From contig JARRCM010000002.1 of the NCBI GenBank assembly GCA_029982205.1, positions 20,296-84,295 on the forward strand: 64,000 nt of DNA, written 5' to 3'. Of this stretch, positions 37,827-46,912 are shown in pieces. Below the pieces are notes generated by a model, which saw only the letters and a program-made list of their open reading frames with translations, made no database searches and was not told the DNA's origin. The stretch's first letter is position 1; each line of letters starts with the position of its first letter. The stretch is from Thermosediminibacterales bacterium. GTDB taxonomy: Bacteria > Bacillota > Thermosediminibacteria > Koleobacterales > JARRCM01. The translations under genes and the position numbers were made by a program.

Positions 37827-40021
37827 ATTTTTTCCATCTCTCTCACTTTTAAATTAATAATTTTTCTATAACTTCTGTTATTGTTTTGGTTTTCAATTAA
37901 ATCTATTGTTAAGCTGTCTCCACTTACCCATCCCAGAACTTCTGCTTTAACATCATATTTTGAAACAATCTCTTCTAAAAGCTTATGGTTTTCAGGTGAA
38001 AGGGTCAAAATTATTCGTGATTGAGACTCGCCGAAAAGCAGCGCATCTTCTCTTATTTCTTTCTTTTCAAGCTCTATTTTCGCGCCTAAACCACCTGTTA
38101 TACAGCATTCAGCCAGGGCAACAGCAAGCCCTCCTTCGCTGACATCATGAGCAGAGTTTATAATGCCAAAATTTATGGCTTCCAAACAGCACTGTTGCAC
38201 CCGTTTCTCCAGTTCGAGATTCAGTTCAGGGGGATTACCTTTTTCAATGCCGTGAATCACCTTCAGGTATTCACTGCCGCCAATTTCTTCACGGGTTTCA
38301 CCAAGTAAAACAATCATGTCCCCTTCGTTTTTGAATGACTGAGTTGTAACTTTTTCGATATCCTTGATTAATCCTACCATTCCAACAACCGGAGTTGGAT
38401 ACACGGCCCTGCCTTTGGTTTCATTATAAAAACTCACATTTCCGCTTATAACAGGGGTTTCAAGTATCTTGCATGCTTTGCTCATTCCGTCAACACAGTT
38501 TTCAAACTGCCAGTAAATTTCAGGTTTTTCTGGATTCCCAAAGTTTAAACAATCCGTTACTGCTAGAGGCTTAGCCCCACTGCATACCAGATTCCTGGCT
38601 GCTTCAGCCACTGCTATAGCCCCTCCTGTATAAGGATTGAGGTAACAATACCTTCCGTTGCAATCTGTTGTCAGGGCTATACCTTTTTTTGTTCCTTTTA
38701 TTCGTAAAACCGCAGCATCAGAACCCGGCTGCACCACAGTATCGGTTCTGACCATATAATCATACTGGTTGTAAACCCATTCCTTACTGGCCACATTAGG
38801 AGAACCAAGGATTTCTAACAGCACTTTATTAAAATCTGTTGGAACTGCAATACAAGAAACATCAAGGTCAGTTGCTTCATCTAAATATTCCGGTCGCCGG
38901 GACTCTTTCGGAAAACTCGGCGCTCCTTCAGCTAAAGAATCTGCAGGTACCTCTGCTTCTACACGACCTCCGTTCAGAACTCGCAGCATTCCGTCATCTG
39001 TAACTCTTCCTATGGTTACAGCAGTTAAGTCCCACTTTTCAAAGATTTTTCTGACTTCTTCTTCTCTGCCTTTTTTCACTATTACAAGCATTCTCTCCTG
39101 GGACTCGGAAAGCATTATCTCATATGGTGTCATCCCTTCTTCCCTTAAAGGCACCAATGATACATCAAGCTCAATACCTGTACCAGCACGGCTGGCGGTT
39201 TCACAAGAAGAAGATGTTAAACCCGCTGCTCCAAGGTCCTGTATACCTACAACTGCTCCGGTTTTCATAAGTTCAAGGCATGCCTCAAGAAGCAGCTTTT
39301 CCATAAAGGGGTCTCCTACCTGCACAGATGGGCGGCGTTCTTCGGAGTCTTCACTGAGTTCTTCTGAAGCAAAACTTGCACCGTGAATACCGTCACGACC
39401 TGTCCTTGCACCAACAAGCATCACAGGATTTCCTATCCCTGCAGCTTTTCCCCTGGTTATCTCATCATGTTTTATGATACCCACGCACATTGCATTAACC
39501 AGGGGGTTTTCGGCATAGCTGTCTGAAAAATACACCTCACCACCCACCGTGGGTATACCCATACAGTTGCCGTAATCGGCTATTCCTGATATGACTCCTT
39601 CAAACAGGTAACGGGTCCTTTCGGTTTCAAGCTCACCAAACCTCAGGGAGTTTAATAAGGCGATAGGCCTTGCCCCCATAGTAAATATGTCTCTTATAAT
39701 ACCGCCAACACCTGTTGCAGCACCCTGATACGGCTCAATAGCAGATGGATGGTTATGGCTTTCAATTTTCATGGCAACGGCCAGGTTGTTCCCTATATCT
39801 ACTATTCCGGCGTTTTCTCCCGGCCCCTGGAGCACATGAGGCCCTTTAACGGGAAAACGTTTCAAAACAGGTTTTGAGGTCTTGTAGCTGCAGTGTTCAG
39901 ACCACATCACTCCGTACATGCCCAGCTCTACATAATTAGGCTCTCTGCCCAAAATCTCTTTTATCCTTTCATATTCTTTATCAGTAAGGCCCATCTGGCG
40001 CCAAAGCTTTTTATCTTGCAT
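37793..40021 (-). CDS. purL: FGAM synthase II (large subunit)
   Basis: 742 aa with [10 protein letters not shown] and [21 protein letters not shown]. Confidence 0.95.
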   Translation of the reverse strand: MQDKKLWRQMGLTDKEYERIKEILGREPNYVELGMYGVMWSEHCSYKTSKPVLKRFPVKGPHVLQGPGENAGIVDIGNNLAVAMKIESHNHPSAIEPYQGAATGVGGIIRDIFTMGARPIALLNSLRFGELETERTRYLFEGVISGIADYGNCMGIPTVGGEVYFSDSYAENPLVNAMCVGIIKHDEITRGKAAGIGNPVMLVGARTGRDGIHGASFASEELSEDSEERRPSVQVGDPFMEKLLLEACLELMKTGAVVGIQDLGAAGLTSSSCETASRAGTGIELDVSLVPLREEGMTPYEIMLSESQERMLVIVKKGREEEVRKIFEKWDLTAVTIGRVTDDGMLRVLNGGRVEAEVPADSLAEGAPSFPKESRRPEYLDEATDLDVSCIAVPTDFNKVLLEILGSPNVASKEWVYNQYDYMVRTDTVVQPGSDAAVLRIKGTKKGIALTTDCNGRYCYLNPYTGGAIAVAEAARNLVCSGAKPLAVTDCLNFGNPEKPEIYWQFENCVDGMSKACKILETPVISGNVSFYNETKGRAVYPTPVVGMVGLIKDIEKVTTQSFKNEGDMIVLLGETREEIGGSEYLKVIHGIEKGNPPELNLELEKRVQQCCLEAINFGIINSAHDVSEGGLAVALAECCITGGLGAKIELEKKEIREDALLFGESQSRIILTLSPENHKLLEEIVSKYDVKAEVLGWVSGDSLTIDLIENQNNNRSYRKIINLKVREMEKIWRGKLECIMD

Positions 40022-40727
40022 TTTCCACCCTACTTTCTAAATACTTGATAATCGAATCAAAGATCAGTTTTCCATGAGTGCTCCCCAAAACATCCTCGGC
40101 GCATCGTTCCGGATGCGGCATCATGCCCAAAACGTTTCCTTTTTTGTTACATATGCCTGCTATGTTGTCAATTGAACCATTAGGATTTGCCTGTTCTGTT
40201 ACGTTTCCATCTTCGTCACAATAACGGAATACTATCTGGTCGTTTGCCTTCATTTGTTGTAATGTTTCTTCATCAACAAAATAGTTGCCGTCTCCGTGAG
40301 CAATGGGTATTTTTAAAACCTGACCTTCACTACATTCTAAAGTAAAAGGAAGTTTACTGTTTTCAACCCTTATAAAGCTGTAGTGGCATCTAAATTTTAG
40401 ATTTTTATTGCGCTGCATTGCACCCGGCAATAACCCTGCTTCCAGGAGCACCTGAAAACCGTTACATATACCTAGAACTAAACCGCCTTTGTTTGCAAAC
40501 TCAATAACTCCCTGCATAGCATTGGCAAACCGAGCAATGGCTCCAGGCCTCAAGTAGTCACCATATGAAAATCCCCCCGGCAGTATTAAACAGTCGTATT
40601 CATCAAGGTCATTTAAGCGCTCTTTATGCCACACATAATTCACGTCTTTGTTTAATACATTTTTCACAACATTGTAACAGTCAACATCACAATTAGAACC
40701 GGGGAAAACTACAACACCAAACTTCAT
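40011..40727 (-). CDS. purQ: FGAM synthase I (glutaminase subunit)
   Basis: 238 aa with [16 protein letters not shown] (catalytic Cys) and MPHPER. Confidence 0.95.
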   Translation of the reverse strand: MKFGVVVFPGSNCDVDCYNVVKNVLNKDVNYVWHKERLNDLDEYDCLILPGGFSYGDYLRPGAIARFANAMQGVIEFANKGGLVLGICNGFQVLLEAGLLPGAMQRNKNLKFRCHYSFIRVENSKLPFTLECSEGQVLKIPIAHGDGNYFVDEETLQQMKANDQIVFRYCDEDGNVTEQANPNGSIDNIAGICNKKGNVLGMMPHPERCAEDVLGSTHGKLIFDSIIKYLESRVENAR

Positions 40728-40732
40728 ATTTT

Positions 40733-40981
40733 CTAAACCTCCGTTATTTCAAAGTCATAATCTTCTATTACAGGGTTTGCAAGCAGTTTGTCACACATTT
40801 CTTTTACCTTCTCGGCTGCTTCTTCTCTGCCATCTATGTTAAGTTTTATTTCCATATACTTGCCTATTCTTACATCTTCAACACCTTCAAAACCCATGGA
40901 ATTTAAAGAACTCTTAACAGCCGTGCCTTTAGGATCAAGCACTCCTTTTTTTAATGTTACATAAACTTTTACCAGCAGCAT
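40733..40981 (-). CDS. purS: FGAM synthase PurS subunit
   Basis: 82 aa with [15 protein letters not shown], positioned between purC and purQ. Confidence 0.9.
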   Translation of the reverse strand: MLLVKVYVTLKKGVLDPKGTAVKSSLNSMGFEGVEDVRIGKYMEIKLNIDGREEAAEKVKEMCDKLLANPVIEDYDFEITEV

Positions 40982-40985
40982 TTTT

Positions 40986-41693
40986 TCATCCCCCTATCAG
41001 CCGATTCAACACTTCTTTATATGCGTCTTCAACACCGCCCAAATCCCTTCTAAACCTGTCTTTATCAAGTTTTTGTTTTGTCTCGGCATCCCAGAAGCGG
41101 CAGGTATCCGGAGAAATTTCATCTGCTAGGATAACTTCACCTTTATAACGGCCAAACTCCAGCTTAAAATCCACCAGCTCTATCCCTTTTTTTATAAGGT
41201 CCTGCCGCAAAATATCGTTTATTTTCAATGAAAGCTCTTCAATCTTTTCCATCTCCTCATCGGAAGCAAGCTCTATTGCTGCTATATGGTAGCGGTTTAT
41301 CATCGGATCGCCAAGTTCATCTGATTTGTAGCAAAACTCCAGAACAGGTTTCTTTAAAGACGTGCCTTCTTCAAGGCCTAACCTCTTTGCAAGGCTTCCT
41401 GCAGCAATGTTGCGAACTATAACCTCAACAGGAATAATTTCTACAGCTTTTACCAGCATCTCTCTCTCACTTAAAAGAGATTCAAAATGTGTTGGGATAC
41501 CTTCTGCTTCAAGTTTTTCAAAAAAATAGGCCGAAATCTTGTTGTTCATAACACCTTTTTCTAAAATGGTTCCCTTTTTTTTACCATTAAATGCTGTTGC
41601 ATCATCTTTGAATTCAACAATAAGTTTGTCCTTTTCATCTGTTTTATAAATCTTTTTTGCTTTGCCTTCATAAAGCATCTGTCCTTTTTTCAT
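40986..41693 (-). CDS. purC: SAICAR synthase
   Basis: 235 aa with [10 protein letters not shown] and [16 protein letters not shown]. Confidence 0.95.
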   Translation of the reverse strand: MKKGQMLYEGKAKKIYKTDEKDKLIVEFKDDATAFNGKKKGTILEKGVMNNKISAYFFEKLEAEGIPTHFESLLSEREMLVKAVEIIPVEVIVRNIAAGSLAKRLGLEEGTSLKKPVLEFCYKSDELGDPMINRYHIAAIELASDEEMEKIEELSLKINDILRQDLIKKGIELVDFKLEFGRYKGEVILADEISPDTCRFWDAETKQKLDKDRFRRDLGGVEDAYKEVLNRLIGG

Positions 41694-42193
41694 TCTAAAC
41701 CCACCTCTTTTTTTATCTTTTTATCTTTATTACGGACTTCCTGTTTCATCTTAATTCGGTATTGTTTTAATTTTTCCTTTAGTTTTGCCTCAGTTACACT
41801 TAAAATCTGGACAGCCAGAAGACCTGCATTCTTGGCTCCGTTTATTGCAACAGTTGCTACCGGAATTCCCCCCGGCATCTGAACAATAGATAATAAAGAG
41901 TCCAGACCGTCCATGGTTGAAGACTTAATGGGAACTCCAATAACGGGCAGCACTGTCATTGCAGCCATGACCCCCGGTAAATGAGCAGCTTTACCGGCAC
42001 CTGCTATTAAAACCTTTATGCCCCTCTCTTCGGCGGTTTTTGCATATTCCAATGCTTCTTCCGGTGTCCTGTGAGCTGAAATAACCGAAACTTCAAACCC
42101 CACATTAAAGTCCCTTAATACTTCAATACACTCTCTCATCACGGGAAAATCCGAATCACTTCCCATCACAACACCTACCAACGGTTTTTCCAT
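41690..42193 (-). CDS. purE: PurE (N5-CAIR mutase or AIR carboxylase; class not determinable by eye)
   Basis: 167 aa with [16 protein letters not shown] and [10 protein letters not shown]. Confidence 0.95.
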   Translation of the reverse strand: MEKPLVGVVMGSDSDFPVMRECIEVLRDFNVGFEVSVISAHRTPEEALEYAKTAEERGIKVLIAGAGKAAHLPGVMAAMTVLPVIGVPIKSSTMDGLDSLLSIVQMPGGIPVATVAINGAKNAGLLAVQILSVTEAKLKEKLKQYRIKMKQEVRNKDKKIKKEVGLE

Positions 42194-42223
42194 ACTCAGA
42201 AACCTCCTTTGAAACCTCTATTT

Positions 42224-42263
42224 ACATAAAACCCGAGTAGAGGACATGGTGCTCCACTCGGGT
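42224..42263 (-). terminator. Hairpin plus short U-run between the permease gene and purE (partial terminator or attenuator)
   Basis: The minus strand reads ACCCGAGT-(17 nt)-ACTCGGGT followed by TTTTAT. The intergenic gap is only 78 nt, so read-through into purE is likely. Confidence 0.45.
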
Positions 42264-42271
42264 GTTTTAAA

Positions 42272-43663
42272 TTATGAAGCTAAAGTTGCAAAACGAATAA
42301 TAAACAACAGCGCTAAAACATAGACTATAGGATGTACTTCTTTTGCCCTTCCTGCTACAATTTTTACTATGGGATAAAATATTAAACCAGCGGCAATTCC
42401 ATTAGCAATACTGTATGAGAAAGGCATCGCTACTATTGTAATAAAAGCAGGTAATGCTTCTGTAAAGTCGGAAAAATCTATTTCCCTAACAGCACCCATC
42501 ATCAAAACTCCTACAATAATAAGCGCAGGTGCTGTGGCTTCAGCAGGAACCAATCCGGCAACAGGCGCAAGGAACAGTGATACCAGAAAAAGCAGGGAAA
42601 CAACAACTGAGGTCAAACCTGTTTTGCCGCCTTCCATTATCCCTGCAGTACTTTCAACATATGTTGTTACAGTACTTGTCCCTAAAAGAGCTCCAACACT
42701 CGTTCCCACAGCATCGGCCATCATTGCCTTATTAATTCTTGGAAGTTTTCCTTCCTTATCAAGCATTCCTGCTTTTGCTCCTGTCCCAACAAGTGTCCCC
42801 AGGGTATCGAAAAGGTCTACATAGGTAAAAGACAAAATAACAGCAATGAAAGCAATCACAGCATCAAATACCCTGCCGCCTTCAGGAACGTTTAATGCTT
42901 CAAAATTCAGCTTAAAAAGGGTTGGAGCAAGGCTTGGAGGCATACTAACAGGGCTGAAGCCTTTGCCAATTGTCACAACACCCATCGGAATACCAATTGC
43001 TGTAGTTATCAGAATACCCAAAAGTATAGCGCCCTTAACCCGACGGGCCATTAAAATTCCTGTAATAACCAGACCAATTAATGCCAGCAAAACTTTTTTA
43101 TCTGTAAAATTTCCCAAACCAACTACAGTAGCAGGATTGCTCACAACAATCTTAGCATTCACAAAACCAATTAATGCAATAAACAGGCCTATTCCGGCGC
43201 TAACAGCGTTTTTTAAAGAAAGGGGTATAGCGTTAACAATAGCTTCGCGAATCCCTGTTACCGTTATTATGATAAAAACCAGTCCTGAAATAAAAACTGC
43301 TCCTAAAGCTGTCTGCCAGCTTAACCCCATTGTAAGCACAACTGTAAAAGTAAAAAAAGCATTTAGGCCCATTCCAGGAGCAAGGGCAAAAGGATAATTG
43401 GCATAAACACCCATAATGAATGTTGCCAAAGCGGCTGATAAAACGGTTGCGACCATGACAGCACCTACTACAGGATCATTAAAAGCATTGAATTTTAAGG
43501 CCGCGTCTCCCAAAGCCCCTTCGGAATTCATGCCGGCCATTCTAAGAATACTTGGATTAACAAAGATTATGTAGGCCATAGTTATAAAGGTTGTAAAACC
43601 GGCGATTACTTCCGTTTTTACTGTAGTGCCATTTTCTTTTAGTTTAAAAATTTTTTCTAACAT
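42272..43663 (-). CDS. NCS2/AzgA-family purine (adenine/guanine/hypoxanthine) permease
   Basis: 463-aa polytopic ORF with an N-terminus (FKLKENGTTVKTEVIAGFTTFITMAYIIFVNP) typical of PbuG/AzgA permeases. Confidence 0.85.
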   Translation of the reverse strand: MLEKIFKLKENGTTVKTEVIAGFTTFITMAYIIFVNPSILRMAGMNSEGALGDAALKFNAFNDPVVGAVMVATVLSAALATFIMGVYANYPFALAPGMGLNAFFTFTVVLTMGLSWQTALGAVFISGLVFIIITVTGIREAIVNAIPLSLKNAVSAGIGLFIALIGFVNAKIVVSNPATVVGLGNFTDKKVLLALIGLVITGILMARRVKGAILLGILITTAIGIPMGVVTIGKGFSPVSMPPSLAPTLFKLNFEALNVPEGGRVFDAVIAFIAVILSFTYVDLFDTLGTLVGTGAKAGMLDKEGKLPRINKAMMADAVGTSVGALLGTSTVTTYVESTAGIMEGGKTGLTSVVVSLLFLVSLFLAPVAGLVPAEATAPALIIVGVLMMGAVREIDFSDFTEALPAFITIVAMPFSYSIANGIAAGLIFYPIVKIVAGRAKEVHPIVYVLALLFIIRFATLAS

Positions 43664-43703
43664 TATGGCATGCCTCCTGTCAAATGTTGTTTAGTATACC
43701 AAC

Positions 43704-43732
43704 ATATTAACAGACAAACCTCTCAATGTCAA
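43704..43732 (-). promoter_or_regulatory. SigA-type promoter of the permease-pur operon
   Basis: Minus strand reads TTGACA (43732-43727), a 17-nt spacer, then TAATAT (43709-43704). Confidence 0.55.
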
Positions 43733-43736
43733 CACA

Positions 43737-43780
43737 AATTCCGAACATTATTTCAGGATTCCCTCTTATTATTCGGTTTT
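43737..43780. promoter_or_regulatory. Inverted pair of PurBoxes (PurR operator)
   Basis: AATTCCGAACATT (43737-43749, plus strand) is a perfect match to AWWWCCGAACWWT. AAAACCGAATAAT (minus strand of 43768-43780) has 1 mismatch. The 13-mers are 18 nt apart, immediately upstream of the -35. Confidence 0.6.
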
Positions 43781-43811
43781 TCTTCTTCTTTTTAAATAAT
43801 TGCTTTATATA

Positions 43812-45230
43812 TTAAAGGAGTTTCAATTTTTTTGCAAAAGAATAAGACGCTAAAAGCAATAGTATTATTAAAACACCACCAAAAAACCCAACCATTTCCC
43901 GGGCAGAAAGCAGTGTCGATAAAAGCACTCCGCCGATAAGAAAAATGGTAATCCATGAAGTATATGGATAACCCCACATTTTAAATCTCAGTTCTTTAGA
44001 AAACTTTTTTTCTAAAATCGGCCTGTATCGAATATGTGTCAGAAGAATGATTATCCAGTTGAAAAACAGGACAAAACCTGCCGCACTTGTTATATATTCA
44101 TATACAGTTTCCGGTAAAAGATAAGCTAAAACTACGGCTAGTCCCAAGCCCAAACTGCTGGCAGCAAGAGCATATATGGCAACTCCATTTTTACTCTTTT
44201 TTTCAAAAATTGATGGCGCAAAGTCCCCTTTCCCCAGAGAAAACAGCACCTGGGTTACTGCATACATGGCAGCATTCATAGTGGAAAGGGCAGCAGTTAA
44301 AATCACGAAATTCATTACAGAACCTCCATATGGAATATGGATAAATCCAAAAATCGTTACAAAAGGACTTGCTTTTGTAGTTATATGGTTCCAGGGGGTA
44401 ATCGCTAAAATAAGAGCAATTGAACCCAGGTATAAAGTCAGCAGGATTGTTACTATATTACGTATGGCTTTCGGAACCGTTTCTGAAGGTTCAATCGTTT
44501 GGCTTGCAGCCATTGCAGTAACCTCTACACCTCCAAAGGAAAGTAGCACCATTAAACTTGATGCCAGTAGTCCCCTAAAACCGTGGGGCAAAAAGCCTCC
44601 GTATTGAGTGTAGTACTGCAGCCCTCCGGGGCCCCCGGGCAGTATACCCAAAAGGACTAAAGCCGCAAGAATTATGAATGCTATTAATGCGGATAATTTG
44701 AATATGGAAAACCATGATTCTATAGTTCCAAACTCCTTAACACCCAGGCTGTTGACTCCAATAATCAAAAGTGAATATATAAAAGTAGTTATCCACAAAG
44801 GAAGTTGTGGAATCCAATAAGAAGTAAAAATCGCAGAAGCAGTTACTTCACTGGACATTACAAGAACACCGGCAATCCAGTACATCCAGCCGCTCATAAA
44901 ACCCGCCTGCCTCCCCAATGCCTCTTCTGCATAAACTCTAAAAGAACCGCTCACAGGATTGGCTACTGACATTTCTGCCAATGCAGCAAACACCTGACTC
45001 ATAATAAAACCACCCAGTAAATAGTTTATCAGCACAGCAGGGCCGGTATGCTGGATGGCTATGCTTGTAGCCAGGAAAAAACCTGCACCGATTATCCCCC
45101 CTACTCCTATAAGTGTCAACTGCCACACATTTAGCTTATCCTCTTCTTTAACATCTTCTTTTGTTTCTATCAATATACCTATTTTGCCTGCTTTCGGTTC
45201 AAGTCTGCTTTTGAATTTATCTTTTATCAA
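43812..45230 (-). CDS. APC-superfamily amino acid permease
   Basis: 472 aa with about 12 TM segments and an N-terminal LIGVGGIIGAGFF motif. Confidence 0.85.
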   Translation of the reverse strand: MIKDKFKSRLEPKAGKIGILIETKEDVKEEDKLNVWQLTLIGVGGIIGAGFFLATSIAIQHTGPAVLINYLLGGFIMSQVFAALAEMSVANPVSGSFRVYAEEALGRQAGFMSGWMYWIAGVLVMSSEVTASAIFTSYWIPQLPLWITTFIYSLLIIGVNSLGVKEFGTIESWFSIFKLSALIAFIILAALVLLGILPGGPGGLQYYTQYGGFLPHGFRGLLASSLMVLLSFGGVEVTAMAASQTIEPSETVPKAIRNIVTILLTLYLGSIALILAITPWNHITTKASPFVTIFGFIHIPYGGSVMNFVILTAALSTMNAAMYAVTQVLFSLGKGDFAPSIFEKKSKNGVAIYALAASSLGLGLAVVLAYLLPETVYEYITSAAGFVLFFNWIIILLTHIRYRPILEKKFSKELRFKMWGYPYTSWITIFLIGGVLLSTLLSAREMVGFFGGVLIILLLLASYSFAKKLKLL

Positions 45231-45257
45231 AACTTTACCCCTTTCTTTTGTTTATTA

Positions 45258-45494
45258 CTAGATTGTTTTCTTATTTATATATACCCTTTTATCCCAACCG
45301 CATCGTGGACATGCCAAAAGATGGGTGCAGGTATTTGGCCTCACATAATGGTTTTCAATTGTAAATTCTACATAAGGTCTATAAGGGTCATAAAAAGTTT
45401 CTATAGCTCCATAGTCTTCCATAACATATCCGCAGTTAGGACACCTTTCTTCGGCATTTATTAATCCATTACACAAAGGACAAAGTGTTTCCAT
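45258..45494 (-). CDS. Small double zinc-ribbon protein of unknown function
   Basis: 78 aa with CPLC-x12-CPNC ... CTH-x4-CPRC. RBS GAGGAG. It ends 27 nt upstream of the permease ATG. Confidence 0.6.
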   Translation of the reverse strand: METLCPLCNGLINAEERCPNCGYVMEDYGAIETFYDPYRPYVEFTIENHYVRPNTCTHLLACPRCGWDKRVYINKKTI

Positions 45495-45544
45495 ATCACA
45501 TCTCCTCTGCTTTATATCTTTCCCTTAATGTTAATAGTTTTTCC

Positions 45545-45586
45545 TAAAAAACAAAAAATAATGGCCGAGTTTTTTTCTCAGCCATT
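45545..45586 (-). terminator. Rho-independent terminator after the DegV gene
   Basis: The minus strand reads AATGGCTGAG-AAAAAAA-CTCGGCCATT (10 bp, one G-U pair) followed by ATTTTTTGTTTTTT. Confidence 0.7.
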
Positions 45587-46451
45587 AACGACCTTTTCCT
45601 AAGAAAAACAACGCAAGGGTTCCCGGGCCGACGTGGGACCCGATGACAGGTCCTATGTGGTTTATAATAATATCTTTTACTTTTACCCTTTCCAGGACTA
45701 ATTCTTTCAAATATTGAACATCATCCAAGCAATCTCCGTGACTGATTGCGATAACCTGGTTTTCGGGGTCAACAATCCTTTCCTCCATCATATCCACAAG
45801 TGTTTTTATGGATTTTTTTCTACCCTTTGTTTTCGTAACAGGGACTAAACGGCCTGCGTTGTCCACATGTAATACCGGTTTTATGTTTAAAACTGTTCCT
45901 ATAAAAGCAGCAGTGCCAGACAACCTTCCACCCCTTTTAAGATGACCCAGATCCTCAACAGTAAACCAATGGTTAAGTCTCAACTTGTTGTTTTCAATCC
46001 AGTCAACAATCTCCTTCCCCGGGATTCCTTTAGTCAACATATCTATAGCATAATATACCAGAAGGCCTTCACCCAGTGACGCACTTTTAGTATCAATAAT
46101 GTGAATATCTGCTTCAGGATGGTCTTCTAAAATCATGTTCCTGGCTAATAGTGCGTTGTTGTAGGTACCGCTTAAAGCCGACGAAAACGCTAAATATATA
46201 ATAGACTTCCCGTCTTCTATGTATTTATTAAATATTTCTGTGAATGTATGGACATTAACCTGTGAAGTCGTAGACATTTCTCCTGCACGCACAGCATCAT
46301 AGAATTTTTTATAGGATATTGTTTTGCCAAAATCATCAAAATATTCCTGGCCCATAAAGTTGAACGAAAAGTTAACAACTGGAATGTTTTGCTGTTCTAT
46401 GTATGTTAAAGGAAGGTCGCTGCAGGAATCAGCAAGAATAACAGTATTCAT
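45585..46451 (-). CDS. DegV-family fatty-acid-binding protein
   Basis: 288 aa starting ILADSCSDLP, with the length and pattern typical of DegV. Confidence 0.85.
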   Translation of the reverse strand: MNTVILADSCSDLPLTYIEQQNIPVVNFSFNFMGQEYFDDFGKTISYKKFYDAVRAGEMSTTSQVNVHTFTEIFNKYIEDGKSIIYLAFSSALSGTYNNALLARNMILEDHPEADIHIIDTKSASLGEGLLVYYAIDMLTKGIPGKEIVDWIENNKLRLNHWFTVEDLGHLKRGGRLSGTAAFIGTVLNIKPVLHVDNAGRLVPVTKTKGRKKSIKTLVDMMEERIVDPENQVIAISHGDCLDDVQYLKELVLERVKVKDIIINHIGPVIGSHVGPGTLALFFLGKGR

Positions 46452-46503
46452 GTTTTTTCCTCCTTTTAATATGGAATCAATTTAATATCTGCTTAAGGCT
46501 GTA

Positions 46504-46899
46504 TTAATCATGTTTTATGTGATTTAAGCCTTCATCTAAAATACTGAAAATATGGTCATCGTCCAGTGAATAATAAACCATCTTGCCTTCTTTACGATAC
46601 TTCACTATTCTCAAGTTTCTTAATACCCTCAACTGATGCGAAACCGCCGATTGGGTCATCTCTAATATTGCCGATATATTACAAACACACATTTCTTCCT
46701 GTTTCAAACAGTGTAATATTTTAATTCTTGTCGGGTCTCCCAGGGCTTTAAAAACAGCTGAAAGTTTTTGCAGTTCATCAGTATCAGGCATATTCTGTTT
46801 CACTTTTTCAACTACTTCTGAATTAACACAGATTACTTCACAGCTTTCTTCATTACTCATTTTATCACCTCTAATCAAACTTATTATTCCAATGATCAC
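46504..46899 (-). CDS. ArsR/SmtB-family metalloregulator (CadC-like)
   Basis: 131 aa with wHTH LGDPTRIKILHCL, the metal-site motif EEMCVCNISAIL and N-terminal Cys residues (ESCEVICV). The probable start is the internal MSNEES. Confidence 0.85.
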   Translation of the reverse strand: MIIGIISLIRGDKMSNEESCEVICVNSEVVEKVKQNMPDTDELQKLSAVFKALGDPTRIKILHCLKQEEMCVCNISAILEMTQSAVSHQLRVLRNLRIVKYRKEGKMVYYSLDDDHIFSILDEGLNHIKHD

Positions 46900-46912
46900 T
46901 ATAATTTACTTC

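Noticed and set aside
43664-43811. A purine (guanine/adenine) riboswitch in the pur-operon leader, and also in the 42194-42271 spacer.
   Set aside because: I found no UAUAAU...GUUUCUACC...CCGUAAAU-type core on the minus strand. The leader after the promoter is only about 40 nt, and the spacer is too short (78 nt).
43792-43977. A 61-aa minus-strand ORF overlapping the 3' end of the APC permease gene.
   Set aside because: It is an out-of-frame overlap with a well-supported 472-aa permease ORF and has no independent signals.
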